DNA of 64,000 bases from Macrostomum lignano (GCA_002269645.1 NIVC01000401.1:238623-302622), one strand, 5' to 3'; shown: positions 52,053-64,000, numbered from the stretch's first letter. Translations and numbers: made by a program. Notes: generated by a model not told the origin, from the sequence alone.

Positions 52053-53463
52053 ACCATTTCTATCAAGAGACATTTCATTGCCTAGAAAATAAAAATCGCA
52101 TGAAAATTAATTCGGGGAATTAGGTATTCTCAAGTGCCTCATCTGTAACCTGAGTATTCGACCCTAATTAAAGAGTTCGAGTTCTAGCCCTGACTATGCA
52201 TGAGCTCCTAGCTGCCTTCGATACTGAATAGCTAGTTAGTTCATTGGCACGCTTGAGTTTGGGGAGGAGAAAAATCCGCTAAATTTCTATAGCTTGCTAG
52301 ACCCGACTTCCCACTTCGAGAAGTCGGCACGCAATCGTTCCCCTTGTGGTGCGCTGACCAGATGGGGCTCTCCCAGTGAGTTCAAGTAGATTCCTGTCGA
52401 ATAAATAAGAAAACGTGTAACAGGGAAAGATTATTCATTAGAAAACAGTATTCAAACTCGAGGCTGTTTTTTGAGCACCCTGGATACTAGCGAATATAAA
52501 TGGGGTCAAGTTCGAATAGAGGTTGAGAAACGTCTCCCGTCACACAAAATAGGCCTATAGATCGTGTTTTGACTAAGGAAGGTAATCAAACTTTAAAGCT
52601 GGTTAAATCTTAATTCTACTTTGCTTATGGTTGTACTAATAGTCTGTAGAGTCAGTCTTGCGTGACACTAGCAGTTTGGCTTTAATTTCATAAGTAAGAA
52701 GAGGAAAATTTAAAAAAGCATAACGAAAGCAGTACCAATTTTGGCACCGTTGATTCGCATTTATTGTTTAAATTATACAAGCTATAGTAGTCGAAATTCT
52801 GTAGGAAATGCGCGATTTAGTTTGCATTTCAATGTTAATGTACGAGTATTGCTATCAGTAACTGTATAACAATGAGTCCGGGTGAGCATATTTAACGAGT
52901 CCGCTAGCTATAAATATGAGGTGGGTTGCCGCGTTGGCCAATGAGCGTCAATAGAGAGGAAAGTAGTTTTGAGGCTCTCTACGCTAGCTTGGGTGGTGTT
53001 AGCCAATGAGCGTTTGAAGAATATTCGTTGTGAGGCTCCCTACGCTCGCTACGTCAAAAAGCATGCCCTTTGGTCGACACTTGCTTGAAGGCTGTCTACG
53101 ATATGCCTGAACGGATGCATTCTATTTGAGCAACTAAGTACTTTCCTAGATAAGCTGATGATGACTTGGGGTAGCTGAAGCAAGAGTTTTTACTTCTTAA
53201 CTAATTAGTTAATCAATGTTAAGTTTTAAAGATAAGCGTAGAAACGAGTTCCAATTAGTGTGGTCTAAATGATCTAAATTATTTCTGTTACAACCTCAGT
53301 ACTTCCTTCAAACGATATTTTAGCTCGTAATAGAGGATTTTCATTGAAATTGGAAATCTAATCTGGAGTGGCATAGTTTAAGCATTTCCTGTCGAGAGAT
53401 CGATTGGAAGATTATTATCCCACCCTGACCGCAGACATAACCACCCGCAAAGCCAGACACCAG

Positions 53464-55515
53464 ATGAGCATCAGCGGCAACCTCAGCGACAGTAGCAGCG
53501 GCCACTGCGTGACGCTGGCCTACCTGCAGTCTGCCGGATTCGCCCTGCTGACAGCCGGCCTGGCGCTCATCAATGCCGCCGTCATTCTGGGCAACATCCT
53601 CGTCGTACTAGCGGCCTGCACTTCCACTAAGCTGCAGGGCGCCCTCACCAGCACCTTCGTAGTGAGCCTCGCCGTCAGCGACCTGCTGTTGGGCCTTGGC
53701 GTGCTTCCATTCTCCATCACTCACCAGGTGCTGCTGAAGCACTGGGTGTTCAGCTCGTGGTGGTGCCAGATCTGGCTAGCGCTGGATGTCTGGACTTGCA
53801 CAGCCTCGATTCTTAATTTGGTGATCATCAGCTTGGATCGGTACATCAGCCTGCGGCATCCTCTGAAGTGAGTCGCCACTTATCGATTCAATAAATTCAA
53901 TTCTTCTCTAAGTGTCGGCCAGCAACAAGACCCTGTCCTCTTGTTTCATCATGCATAACCTGCCATTCACTGAATCCACCCCTTCACTGAATCCGCCTTT
54001 TCACAGAATCCGCCCCTGCATCGAATCCGCCCCTTCACAGAATCCGCCCCTTCACAGAATCCGCCCCTTCACAGAATCCACCCCTTCACAGAATCCGCCC
54101 CTGCACAGAATCCGCCCCTTCACAGAATCCGCCCCTTCACAGAATCCGACTCTTCACAGAATCCGCCCCTTCACAGAATCCGCCCCTTCACAGAATCCGC
54201 CCCTTCACAGAATCCGCCCCTTCACAGAATCCGCCCCTTCACAGAATCCGCCCCTTCACAGAATCCGCCTCTTCACAGAATCCGCCCCTTCACAGAATCC
54301 GACTCTTCACAGAATCCGCCCCTTCACAGAATCCGCCCCTTCACAGAATCCACCCCTTCACAGAATCCGCCCCTTCACAGAATCCGCCCCTTCACAGAAT
54401 CCACCCCTTCACAGAATCCGCCCCTTCACAGAATCCGCCTCTTCACAGAATCCGCCCCTTCACAGAATCCGACCCTTCACAGAATCCGCCCCTTCACAGA
54501 ATCCGACCCTTCACAGAATCCGACCCTTCACAGAATCCAACCCTTTACAGAATCCGCCCCTTCACAAAATCCGCCCCTTTCGCAAACCACTCCCATTTCC
54601 AGGTATCCCAACCTCATGGACCGCAAGCGAGCCCGGCTACTAGTGGCCGGAGTCTGGGCCCTGGCCTGCGCCATCAGCCTGCCGACTCTGCTCAAACTGC
54701 TGCTCCAGACAGACGCCGATGAGAACGACAGTCTCCGCCGTTCCACCTGGCTAGAGCAGGACAAGCGGACAGCCAACGAATCCGTGGGTGATTGCCTGCA
54801 GCTCGGACCCACCTGCACCATAGCGCACAGCACCCCCGGCTACATTGTCTATTCAGCGCTCGGCTCATTCTTCCTGCCCTTCCTCATCATGACCTATTTC
54901 TACGCGCACATCTTCGCCGCGGTGCATCGCACTTTGAAGGCCGGCCGTCGTGGCGCCGCCGAGAACGGCCAGCTCAGGATTCACCGAGGAGGTGGCGGCG
55001 GCGGCGGAGGGACCGCTAGCGGAGGCGGCGGCAGCGGAAGTGGCTGCGGAAGAGGAGAGACGCTACTTTCGGCTCCAACAGGAAGCGGCGCCGTACCGCG
55101 CCAGGCCTCTTGGACAACGCTGGCAGCGACTGCTGCTACTAGGAGAGCGGCGCAGTTCACCTCTGGCGGCAGGTACGGCCGGGAGCTGAAGGCCGCCCGC
55201 ATGCTGGCCATCATCTGCATCACCTTTGTCGGCTGCTGGGCCCCCTTTTTCTCTGTCTACCTGTATGGCGCCGTGTGCCCGGACTGCATCTCCGCCCTGG
55301 CCTTCGACATCTGCTTCTGGCTCGGCTACGTGAACAGCGCGCTGAACCCGCTCATCTACGCGCTGTTCTCTGCCGACTATCGGCGCGCATTCAAGACGCT
55401 GATTTTGCGCAGGCGACGCCGCCAGTACGACACAATCGGGACGCTGGCGAGGCGCGGCCTGCACGGCATGGGGGCGCTGGCGGGTGCCCGGCGGGACCAG
55501 CTAAACCAGGGCTGA
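53464..55515 (+). CDS. Biogenic amine GPCR (invertebrate D1-like dopamine Dop1R2 / OAMB octopamine receptor class). Exons 53464-53867, 54603-55515
   Basis: GN in TM1, SLAVSDLLLG, TM3 Asp (LDVWTCTASILNL), DRY, YIVYSALGSFFLP, ELKAARMLAII..CWAPFF, FWLGYVNSALNPLIY, FSADYRRAF. The phase-2 splice AA|G restores HPLKYP. Confidence 0.93.
53965..54585 (+). repeat. 17-bp minisatellite (GPCR intron)
   Basis: Unit TTCACAGAATCCGCCCC. Confidence 0.96.
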
Positions 55516-56179
55516 CTTGCTTGAAGTAGTTTTGTTGCTTTTGCAGTTTTGTTTGCCTTGACAGGATACAGGGCTCTTGATGCAAGAAGAACTGTTTGCG
55601 ACTGAAGGTTTAACAATAGAGTGTTTTCCTAGTGTCATGAATCCCTTCTTTGGGTGTCATTAACCCCCTCCTCGGGTTGTGAATCCCCTCCTCGGGTCAT
55701 GAATCCCCTCCTTGGGTCATGGATCCCCTCCTTAGGTGATGGATCCTGTTCGATCACTGGAATAAGGAGCGTAGTTACATCTAGCGGTATTGAATGTAGA
55801 TAATTTTTTTCAGTTGGCTAGTATTATTCTGAAACTACAATCAATCCTGTGTCCTGTGTCTATTTCCAGCTGTACATGTGCGCCATCCAGTGTTTCTAGA
55901 AATTAAAAAATAATGAAACCCTCTTTCGATTGCTGGCAATCAACCCTGGCGCAAGAAATCGTTGAGACTCAATTTATTTCTTCGAAAATAATGAAATAGT
56001 CGCACTCCACGCTGATTGGCTGCGCTGCGGGCAGGTTTTCATCGTATCTCTCAATTTCTACCCCTCGAGCGACACCCACCTCACGCCGCGATTCAGAGGC
56101 ATCGCCGTGGATTTTATGATTGTGGTACAAAGCCAAGAATTCTACATGTACATTATTTTGATAATCGGTGTATCTAGCA

Positions 56180-56280
56180 CTCATTTTGGCGCTGCAGGCA
56201 GGCACTCATTTTGGCGCCGCAGGCACTCATTTTAGAGCCGCAGGCACTCATTTTGGTGCCTAAGGCGCTATATTTTGACC
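56180..56280 (+). repeat. Short tandem of about 21-25 bp (GCACTCATTTTGGCGCCGCAG), 4 copies
   Basis: Direct inspection. It resembles the GGCGCCATTTT repeats at 2490-2575. Confidence 0.75.
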
Positions 56281-56457
56281 CCCTTTAGCAAAACTATTGA
56301 TTTCCACAACGGGTCACAGACATGTTCCCCCTTTAACTATCTTATGATGTCGAAATCTTAGCATATCCTTAACTATTCTAATTTTTTATTGCAACAAACT
56401 ACTGTTAACTCGCAATCATTTTCTTGCATCTCGATCCTAATTTTTTAGGAATCCCTA

Positions 56458-56459
<2 letters not shown>

Positions 56460-56524
<65 letters not shown>

Positions 56525-56626
56525 ATCTTTCTCACGCGCATCCTCATCACCCTCTCACTCCCTCCTTATCTTTCTCACGCGCATCCTCATCACCCCCCTC
56601 TCTCTCTATCTTTCTCACGCGCATCT
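56460..56626 (+). repeat. (CT)n tract plus 37-bp minisatellite, left of the tyrosine recombinase
   Basis: About 3 copies of TCTTTCTCACGCGCATCCTCATCACCCTCTCTCTCTA. Confidence 0.9.
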
Positions 56627-57973
56627 TCATTGTTGGAGCTCAGGTCAGCGTTAGGAAGGCGAGGAAAGCAACCGTTTGGCCTTGGAGACAGAGGATCTAG
56701 AAAAGCTGCGCCGCTACTTCCATCGAAGTAGCCCGACTATTTTGCAGCAGGAGGTCTACTATGTATTAGCCTTGCAGTTTGGCTTGCGTGGACGCGAACG
56801 GTTTCGTAAGCTAACTACGGATTCTATTGAGAGATGCAACATCAATGGGCGACGCGCATTCAGGCTGGCATCAATGGAAACCAAGACTGTTCGAGGAAGT
56901 TTAGAAGAGCGGACCTCAGAAGATAGGAAGCAGAGTGTGATTGTCGAAACCTTTGAAATAGGATGCCCCTACGAGTGTGTTGAGCTTTACCTGAGCAAGA
57001 TCGAAGAGGCCAAGAGAAAAGAGGGAGTGTCGAGCTCCGTTGTGTTCATACGTCCCCGAGTACGCGGCTTTGCAGAGTCGTGGTATTTTGCTAAGCAGGT
57101 TGTAGGCGTCAACACTCTTGGGAACATGATGAGTGGCATCTCCAAAGCGGCTAATTTGAGCAAGATTTATACTGGCCACTGTCTAAGAGTCACCCTGGCA
57201 ACCGAGTTGAGTGCAGCTGGAGTGTCCCTGAGGGATATCAGCGCTGTAACGGGACACAAAACTGAAACAGCTGCACAAAGGTACATTCGGAACAGCAGAA
57301 AGCGTGACGGAGAGATGGCTGGGCTGTCTGTAAGGATCAGTTCCATCGGCGAGGAAAAGAGCGCAAGGATAGAGAGCCCGCACGACGAGGTGCGTGTGCC
57401 GACGCCCGGCTCAGAGGTACCGGCTGATGCCTTGCTACCGGAGACCAGTGCTCAGGCCGATGTGCGACAGCAATCATCTACAGCCACGAGGGCTGGAATG
57501 GAGATGCAAACGTTGGCTACAGCTATATCGGGCACATTCAACAACTGCCAATTCCACGTGCATATTTCGAACATGCCTTGATCCGGCGTACAGCTTGGAC
57601 CGATTTATACTAAATCCGTTGATTGTTTTTTCATATTAAGTTTTTATAATGTTACAACTGCTAAATATAGCATTAAGTAGTTAGCTCAGACGTTGGGTTC
57701 GGCCATAGACATTCAAAGCGTGCAACAATCTGGCTTGATTGCTATACCCCTAAAAACCCCTCCAAAATGATACAATGAGTGCTGAAGTAATATATATTTG
57801 GTGCAGCTCTGGCCTATCATGCCAGTCTGTCTTACTATCGAGCTCTTGGGTTTTTCCTTTAGGGTCGCAGCCCTTCTATGCACTTCGGCTTTACTGTCGA
57901 AGGCTTTACACAGTCTGAGCCATAGACAAAAAGGAAGTGTTAATGCCCAAAAGCTTAAGCCACAACACTCATT
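56627..57973 (+). mobile_element. Putative Crypton insertion bounded by TCATT direct repeats
   Basis: TCATT occurs at 56627-56631 and 57969-57973, each in register with the CTCATC position of the flanking 37-bp unit. Confidence 0.5.
56676..57581 (+). CDS. Crypton-type tyrosine recombinase (DUF3504-like), apparently lacking its N-terminus
   Basis: EDLEKL...PTILQQEVYY..LQFGLRGRE (Arg), CPYECVELYLSK, VGVNTLGNMM..ISKAANLSKIYTGHCLR (HxxR), TGHK (His) and QRY (Tyr nucleophile). The frame is open from 56655 after a TAG, with no in-frame ATG upstream of the domain. Confidence 0.9.
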   Translation: MALETEDLEKLRRYFHRSSPTILQQEVYYVLALQFGLRGRERFRKLTTDSIERCNINGRRAFRLASMETKTVRGSLEERTSEDRKQSVIVETFEIGCPYECVELYLSKIEEAKRKEGVSSSVVFIRPRVRGFAESWYFAKQVVGVNTLGNMMSGISKAANLSKIYTGHCLRVTLATELSAAGVSLRDISAVTGHKTETAAQRYIRNSRKRDGEMAGLSVRISSIGEEKSARIESPHDEVRVPTPGSEVPADALLPETSAQADVRQQSSTATRAGMEMQTLATAISGTFNNCQFHVHISNMP

Positions 57974-58192
57974 ACCCCTCTCTCTCTCTCTATCTTTCTC
58001 ACGCGCATCCTCATCACCCTCTCTCTCTATCTTTCTCACGCGCATCCTCATCACCCTCTCTCTCTATCTTTCTCACGCGCATCCTCATCACCCTCTCTCT
58101 CTATCTTTCTCACGCGCATCCTCATCACCCTCTCTCTCTATCTTTCTCACGCGCATCCTCATCACCCTCTCTCTCTATCTTTCTCACGCGGA
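57974..58192 (+). repeat. 37-bp minisatellite, right of the tyrosine recombinase
   Basis: About 6 copies of the same unit as 56525-56626, in the same orientation. Confidence 0.93.
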
Positions 58193-58899
58193 TCCCTATA
58201 ATCCTAAACCTTCCTCAGTCTTACAAGCTCACACAGTTTGGTGAGGTCAACCAGTGCGCACTAGAGCAGTGCTAATTAATTGAGCGATCGAAAAAATGCC
58301 TACACATTTTTAGTTCGAAGTTAGTCTCTCAAATTTGCATTTCATCTTGGCAAAAGTTTTTTTTCGGTTGGCATTTTGATTGGCCCGAAAAGCTTCAATT
58401 TGACCGGCTCCCCCCGTGCGGAAATCCCTGATTCTGGAAGCAATAAATTTGGCGGAAATAACCATCGCGCGGGCCCTGTCCTGGCCTGATTGGCTAATTT
58501 AATTTGCAGAAATTTAGTTTGCACAACCAACTATGATTCCGTTTGGCAAAGGAGCCCAGTTTGATTGCATGCGCGGGATGAAACATCTAAAAGAAGTGCT
58601 AATTTAATTCAAGAAAACAAAGAATTTCCGAAACTGATTAATGCGACTCCGGCAAAATTATAACGCCAAACTAATTACCCGAGGGTAGTATCCGATATGT
58701 TGGGTCATTTTGAGTGACTATTTTACAAGTACAGTACAAGCAATGTATTATGAAAACCGTTGAACAACTTATTGATTGAAGAGTTTCACGAATAAAATCT
58801 TTTCAAGTCCCTATCATTTTATTTAAATCTGTCGTTGGTTTACCTTTTACCTGAATAAAAAATCTACTTCAAATGTATGTATGATCATTCTTTCCTTAA

Positions 58900-59700
58900 C
58901 CTGCAGTTATTCTACCTCCAATCTGCAGTTATTCTACCTCCAATCTGCCATCATTCTACCTCCAATCTGCCGTCATTCTACTTCCACTCTGCCGTCATTC
59001 TACCTCCAGTCTGCCGTCATTCTACCTCCAATCTGCCGTCATTCTACCTCCAATCTGCCGTCATTCTACTTCCACTCTGCCGTCATTCTACCTCCAGTCT
59101 GCCGTCATTCTACTTCCACTCTGCCGTCATTCTACCTCCAGTCTGCCGTCATTCTACTTCCACTCTGCTGTCATTCTACCTCCAGTCTGCCGTCATTCTA
59201 CTTCCACTCTGCCGTCATTCTACCTCCAGTCTGCCGTCATTCTACCTCCAATCTACCGTCATTCTACCTCCAATCTGCAGTTATTCTACCTTTAATATGC
59301 ATTTGTTCTACCTTTAATATGCAGTTATTCTACCTTCAATCTGCAGTTATTCTACCTCCAATCTGCAGTTATTCTACCTCCAATCTGCAGTTATTCTACC
59401 TCCAATCTGCAGTTATTCTACCTCCAATCTGCAGTTATTCTACCTCCAATCTGCAGTTATTCTACCTTCAATCTGCAGTTATTCTACCTCCAATCTACCG
59501 TCATTCTACCTCCAATTTGCAGTTATTCTACCTCCAATCTGCCGTCATTCTACCTCCAATCTACCGTCATTCTACCTCCAATCTACCGTCATTCTACCTC
59601 CAATCTGCAGTCATTCTACCTCCAATCTACCGTCATTCTACCTCTAATCTGCTGTTATTCTACCTACAATCTGCCGTCATTCTACCTCCAATCTGCAGTT
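58900..59700 (+). repeat. 22-bp minisatellite
   Basis: Unit TCTGC(C/A)GT(C/T)ATTCTACCTCCAA. Confidence 0.95.
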
Positions 59701-60219
59701 ACTGTGAATCTTCCCAGCTAAGATCTGTGCTGGCTAGACTTTTAGAGAAAATCAGGAGCGGGTCTCTTCCCAGGGGAGACAGGGAATCAACAGGATCGCT
59801 ATCCCAATCAGGTTACTACCCTACTCTCCTTCCCCCCGTATCAATTCCCATCGGCTTTGCTCCCATGCGTGTGGTCCTGTATCCGAATTCCCATGGGTCT
59901 TTTTGGCGAAGACCCATATGCACTTGAGCTACTGTCAGTTATATCTGTGCAATGCAGATGCTAATTAAGATTTTTACTTGACTGATTTTGTCCCCTACAC
60001 TAATTGAGGAAGAGGGAGAGAGGGGGACAGAGGGATGGGCGGAGGGATCAGAAAGGCCAATTATTGAAATTCGCCCGTTCAAATTGCCAATCAGCTACTC
60101 TTGGAAAAGGGGGTGAGGGATGAGTTGAGCGTCCAGTCTGTTCGAGTAAATTGTCCCGTCCATGCCCTCAATCCCTGGTGCTGCCTCAGACAGCCATGCG
60201 GTAGGAGGTTGATGACTCT

Positions 60220-61545
60220 ACCGGGGCTGGACATTTTGATAATCTATCGGGGCTGGACATTCTGATAATCTACCGGGGCTGGACATTTTGATAATCTACC
60301 GGGGCTGGACATTCTGATAATCTACCGGGGATGGACATTTTGATAATCTACCGATGATGGACATTTTGATAATCTACCGGGGCTGGACATTCTGATAATC
60401 TACCGGGGATGGACATTTTGATAATCTACCGGGGATGGACATTTTGATAATCTACCGGGGCTGGACAGTTTGATAATCAACCGGGGCTGGACAGTTTGAT
60501 AATCTACCGGGGATGGACATTTTGATAATCTACCGGGGATGGACATTTTGATAATCTACCGGGGATGGACATTTTGATAATCTACCGGGGCTGGACAGTT
60601 TGATAATCTACCGGGGCTGGACAGTTTGATAATCTACCGGGGCTGGACAGTTTGATAATCTACCGGGGCTGGACAGTTTGATAATCTACCGGGGCTGGAC
60701 AGTTTGATAATCTACCGGGGCTGGACAGTTTGATAATCTACCGGGGCTGGACATTTTGATAATCTACCGGGGCTGGACAGTTTGATAATCTACCGGGGAT
60801 GGACATTTTGAGGGTGGTCTATCGAGAATGGAAATTCTGAAAGTCTATCGGGGATGGACATTCTGGGAGTCTATCGAGAATGGAAATTCTGAGAGTCTAT
60901 CGGGGATGGACATTCTGAGAGTCTATCGAGAATGGAAATTCTGAGAGTCTATCGGGGATGGACATTCTGAGAGTCTATCGAGAATGGACATTCTGAGAGT
61001 CTATCGGGGATGAACATTCTGAGAGTCTATCGGGGATGGAAATTCTGAGAGTCTATCGGGGATGGACATTCTGAGAGTCTATCGGGGATGGACATTCTGA
61101 GAGTCTATCGAGAATGGAAATTCTGAGAGTCTATCGAGAATGGACATTCTGAGAGTCTATCGGGGATGGACATTCTGAGAGTCTATCGAGAATGGAAATT
61201 CTGAGAGTCTATCGGGGATGGACATTCTGAGAGTCTATCGAGAATGGACATTCTGAGAGTCTATCGGGGATGAACATTCTGAGAGTCTATCGGGGATGGA
61301 CATTCTGAGAATCTATCGAGAATGGAAATTCTGAGAGTCTATCGGGGATGGACATTCTGAGAGTCTATCGGGGATGGACATTCTGAGAGTCTATCGAGAA
61401 TGGAAATTCTGAGAGTCTATCGAGAATGGAAATTCTGAGAGTCTATCGAGAATGGAAATTCTGAGAGTCTATCGGGAATGGACATTCTGAGAGTCTATCG
61501 GGGATGGACATTCTGAGAGTCTATCGGGAATGGACATTTTGAAGA
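60220..61545 (+). repeat. Two adjacent, related 26-bp minisatellites
   Basis: CTACCGGGGCTGGACATTTTGATAAT to about 60810, then CTATCGGGGATGGACATTCTGAGAGT. Confidence 0.95.
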
Positions 61546-62085
61546 ACCTATTGTGGAAGCGCTTGGACTTTTATCTCAGACCTCTAGAAACGGAACAACA
61601 ATCCAGTTTTTTCATTGGTCATCATGCAGCCGTGCAGCATGCAAATTGTGCAGATTCGGGCCAGTTTGGGATAATGTCCAAGCGCTGCAGACACTTGTTG
61701 AACGGCCCACGAGGGGTTCGGAAAGTTGAAAAAGAAGAAGATCGCGAGGATGCTCAGCCCTCTGCCCCATCTCTCTCTGGCTGAGCAGCGTTGATCAAAT
61801 CGTCTGTGATTGAATTGTCCGCCATCTAATCCGCCCCTGGCGCACTTGTGTCCCTCCCTCGCGGCATCTTATTGCCGTGGGCATGAGTTGCTGCTCGACC
61901 TTTAGTCACCCCCGCCACCCCGGCCTCCCCCACCTAGCCTCAGCCAAGGCGGTCCAGAGCCACAGTCTGGAGTAGCAACTCTCTTCTCTAATCCATAATC
62001 AGCACGATTGCAGGAGGGCTGCGAACACCCTGGCGACATCGTACCACACTCCAGCGCTGAGGCAGCTGACGATCCTGAGCACATA

Positions 62086-62181
62086 CAGGCACACACTCAT
62101 ACACACGCTCACACAGGGTGTACAACTGCCCTGACTGTCTAATCGTCAGGCATGTACACTCTCTGTGCCTTGGGGCTGGCT
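62086..62181 (-). mobile_element. Partial copy of the SINE hairpin domain (copy C)
   Basis: The reverse complement reads GCCAGCCCCAAGGCACAGAGAGTGTACATGCCTGACGATTAGACAGTCAGGGCAGTTGTACACCCTGTGTGAGC...GTGTGCCT. Confidence 0.75.
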
Positions 62182-62849
62182 GTCGTGGCACTTTTAGAAT
62201 GAAAAATCATCTTAAATCTGTACTGTAATTTTCCTTTCCCCATAAGGCTTTATCTTACAGTACAAAACAGACAACTCGTGTTGCCATATTTTTTTTTCAT
62301 TCCTTGACTAATTGTCGATTTTTTCTCCGCGACATCAAACGGATCTGGCCAGAGTTCGCTGGCACTCTGAGTTCTAGCTCTGGGTCTTCTTGGCTCAGGC
62401 AAGGGGCGCCCAAACTTCTCCTCCCCCGCTCGTCTCTCTCTCCGCGGCTTTGGGATCCTCCCGAACTAGAGCGAAGTTACTGAACCCTGTAGCTACTGTC
62501 ACGCTGCAGTTGGCATCTCTTAATACCCCGCGCCCGGCTCGAGTGCCACTAGGATTTGGAATTATGCCGCCTCCGCCCCCAACTCGCCCTCACTTTTCCC
62601 TTTCCTTCGTCCGTTAATTTTCCGGTGTTTTGCCCCAGCCCAGAATCGAACTGAAAGCTTTAACACTCCGCCTGTCAATCTGCCTCTCCCCACTGAGTAA
62701 AGTTACTACTTCAGCTAGCTAGAGTGTGGCTGTGCAAAAATATTTCACTTGAAAGCCTGGCTCAGAGGCCAATCTACAACAGAGTGCATCCAGCATAACA
62801 AAAAGTGCGAATTCTAAAATAAATTGTAAGGCCTTCTTTCTGTTTGACT

Positions 62850-63480
62850 GCCTACCTGTCTGTGCGTGTGGGTTGGGTGAGGCTTATCGATTTTCTAGCC
62901 TGCTCTCTGCCTGCCTGTTCTGATGGGGTGGGCGAGGCTTATCGATTTTCTAGCCTGCTCTCTGCCTGCCTGTGCGTGTAGGGTGGGTGAGGCTTATCGA
63001 TTTTCTAGCCTGCCTTCTGCCTGCCTGTGCGTGTGGGTTGGGTGAGGCTTATCGATTTTCTAGCCTGCTCTCTGCCTGCCTGTTCTGATGGGTGGGTGAG
63101 GCTTATCGGTTTTCTAGCCTGCTCTCTGCCTGCCTGTGCGTGTAGGGTGGGTGAGGCTTATCGATTTTCTAGCCTGCTCTCTGCCTGCCTGTGCGTGTAG
63201 GGTGGGTGAGGCTTATCGATTTACTAGCCTGCTCTCTGCCTGCCTGTGCTGATGGGGTGGGTGAGGCTTATCGGTTTTCTAGCCAGCTCTCTGCCTGCCT
63301 GTGCGTGTAGGGTGGGTGAGGCTTATTGATTTACTAGCCTGCTCTCTGCCTGCCTGTGCTGATGGGGTGGGTGAGGCTTATCGGTTTTCTAGCCAGCTCT
63401 CTGCCTGCCTGTGCGTGTAGTGTGGGTGAGGCTTATCGATTGCCTGGCCTCCTGTCTGCCTGGGTGTAACAAGGCTTACC
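62850..63480 (+). repeat. Minisatellite of about 55 bp
   Basis: Unit GGGTGGGTGAGGCTTATCGATTTTCTAGCCTGCTCTCTGCCTGCCTGTGCGTGTA. Confidence 0.93.
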
Positions 63481-64000
63481 GATTGTTTTCAAACCAACTG
63501 CATATGCCTTAGACACTCTACTGACAATTATGACACCATGTTATCCACTATAGCGCCTGTCGTGCCTGATTTTCACGATAGTTTTTTTTTCCGCTGCGAA
63601 TTTTCTGACTCCCAGAAAGATCGCAATTTCCCGGTCATGCAAGAAATCCCTCAGCAAAATGCATTTATTCGTGTCCTCCCTCCATTCTGAATCCCAGTTT
63701 TACTGAGCATTTAAGGAAATCTTCTCAGTTTCAAGCGCAGAGAGTAATCCCACGTCTCATCTCTACAAGGCACTGCATGCAATCCCCCTCTCTCTCACTC
63801 GCTCCCAACCAGCCTAGACTCTATAGACCACTGGCAAGGGAGGAATGGTCGCAGCCTTAAGCGGTTAATTTTCGTTGCAGACAAAGTGGCTTAGGATGGC
63901 GGAGACAGTTGAAGAATTGTCTCAAACGACTTTCTCTTGTCCCCCCCTCTCTCTCTCCTCTCGAGTTTCGCCGAACTCCTTCATCAGCCGATGCGAGGGA

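Noticed and set aside
52930-53050. Two ~64-bp imperfect repeats, each with GCCAATGAGCGT, upstream of the GPCR
   Set aside because: There are only two copies. It could be an alternative promoter or a TE remnant, which cannot be distinguished from the sequence alone.
55965-55978. AGACTCAATTTATT resembles part of a flatworm spliced-leader sequence as I recall it
   Set aside because: The recall is unverified, the match is only 14 AT-rich nt, and it lacks the terminal ATG|GT and Sm site expected of an SL RNA gene.
61560-61800. Hydrophobic - strand frame (LSILAIFFFFNFP...) resembling a GPCR TM6 exon, and the + strand 84-aa ORF
   Set aside because: There is no TM7 NPxxY, no convincing splice partners, and no recognisable family in either frame.
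63959-63990. Hammerhead-ribozyme-like core on the - strand (CTGATGA-AGGAGTTCGGC-GAAAC-TCGAG), reminiscent of Penelope-type minimal hammerheads
   Set aside because: Stem II does not pair, the NUH cleavage triplet is missing (ACTCGAGA rather than ACTCGAGT+H) and no stem I is found. It is at most a decayed relic, and the window edge limits the assessment.

Overview
This is eukaryotic (metazoan) genomic DNA. GC-rich, Ala/Gln/Ser-run-rich exons are separated by AT-rich spacers and about 30 unrelated minisatellite arrays. The pattern is most reminiscent of the flatworm Macrostomum, which is an inference and was not verified. Protein genes supported by hand-translated, phase-compatible GT-AG splicing: (1) the 3' half of a neurobeachin/LRBA gene (BEACH + WD40, + strand, 1-14795), including a probable poly-Ala exon; (2) a 3-exon OATP/SLCO transporter (31079-38975); (3) a 2-exon orphan ORF (42915-44332); (4) a neurensin/TMEM74-like two-TM protein (- strand); (5) a 2-exon type II membrane glycosyltransferase-like protein with an ENDSxDxT motif; (6) a 2-exon biogenic-amine GPCR (OAMB/Dop1R2-like). 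Mobile DNA: a decayed DD34D mariner with TIRs and TA TSD, a hAT-type MITE filled with a 1.4-kb purine tract, a tRNA-headed SINE whose covarying hairpin recurs three times, a MITE-like inverted-repeat element, a foldback-like pair of inverted minisatellites, and a Crypton-type tyrosine recombinase ORF. That ORF retains its catalytic residues and appears to split a 37-bp minisatellite at a TCATT direct repeat. Most long entries in the ORF track are artefacts of tandem repeats. There is no CRISPR array, rRNA or intact tRNA. All counts and alignments were done by eye, and repeat boundaries are approximate.
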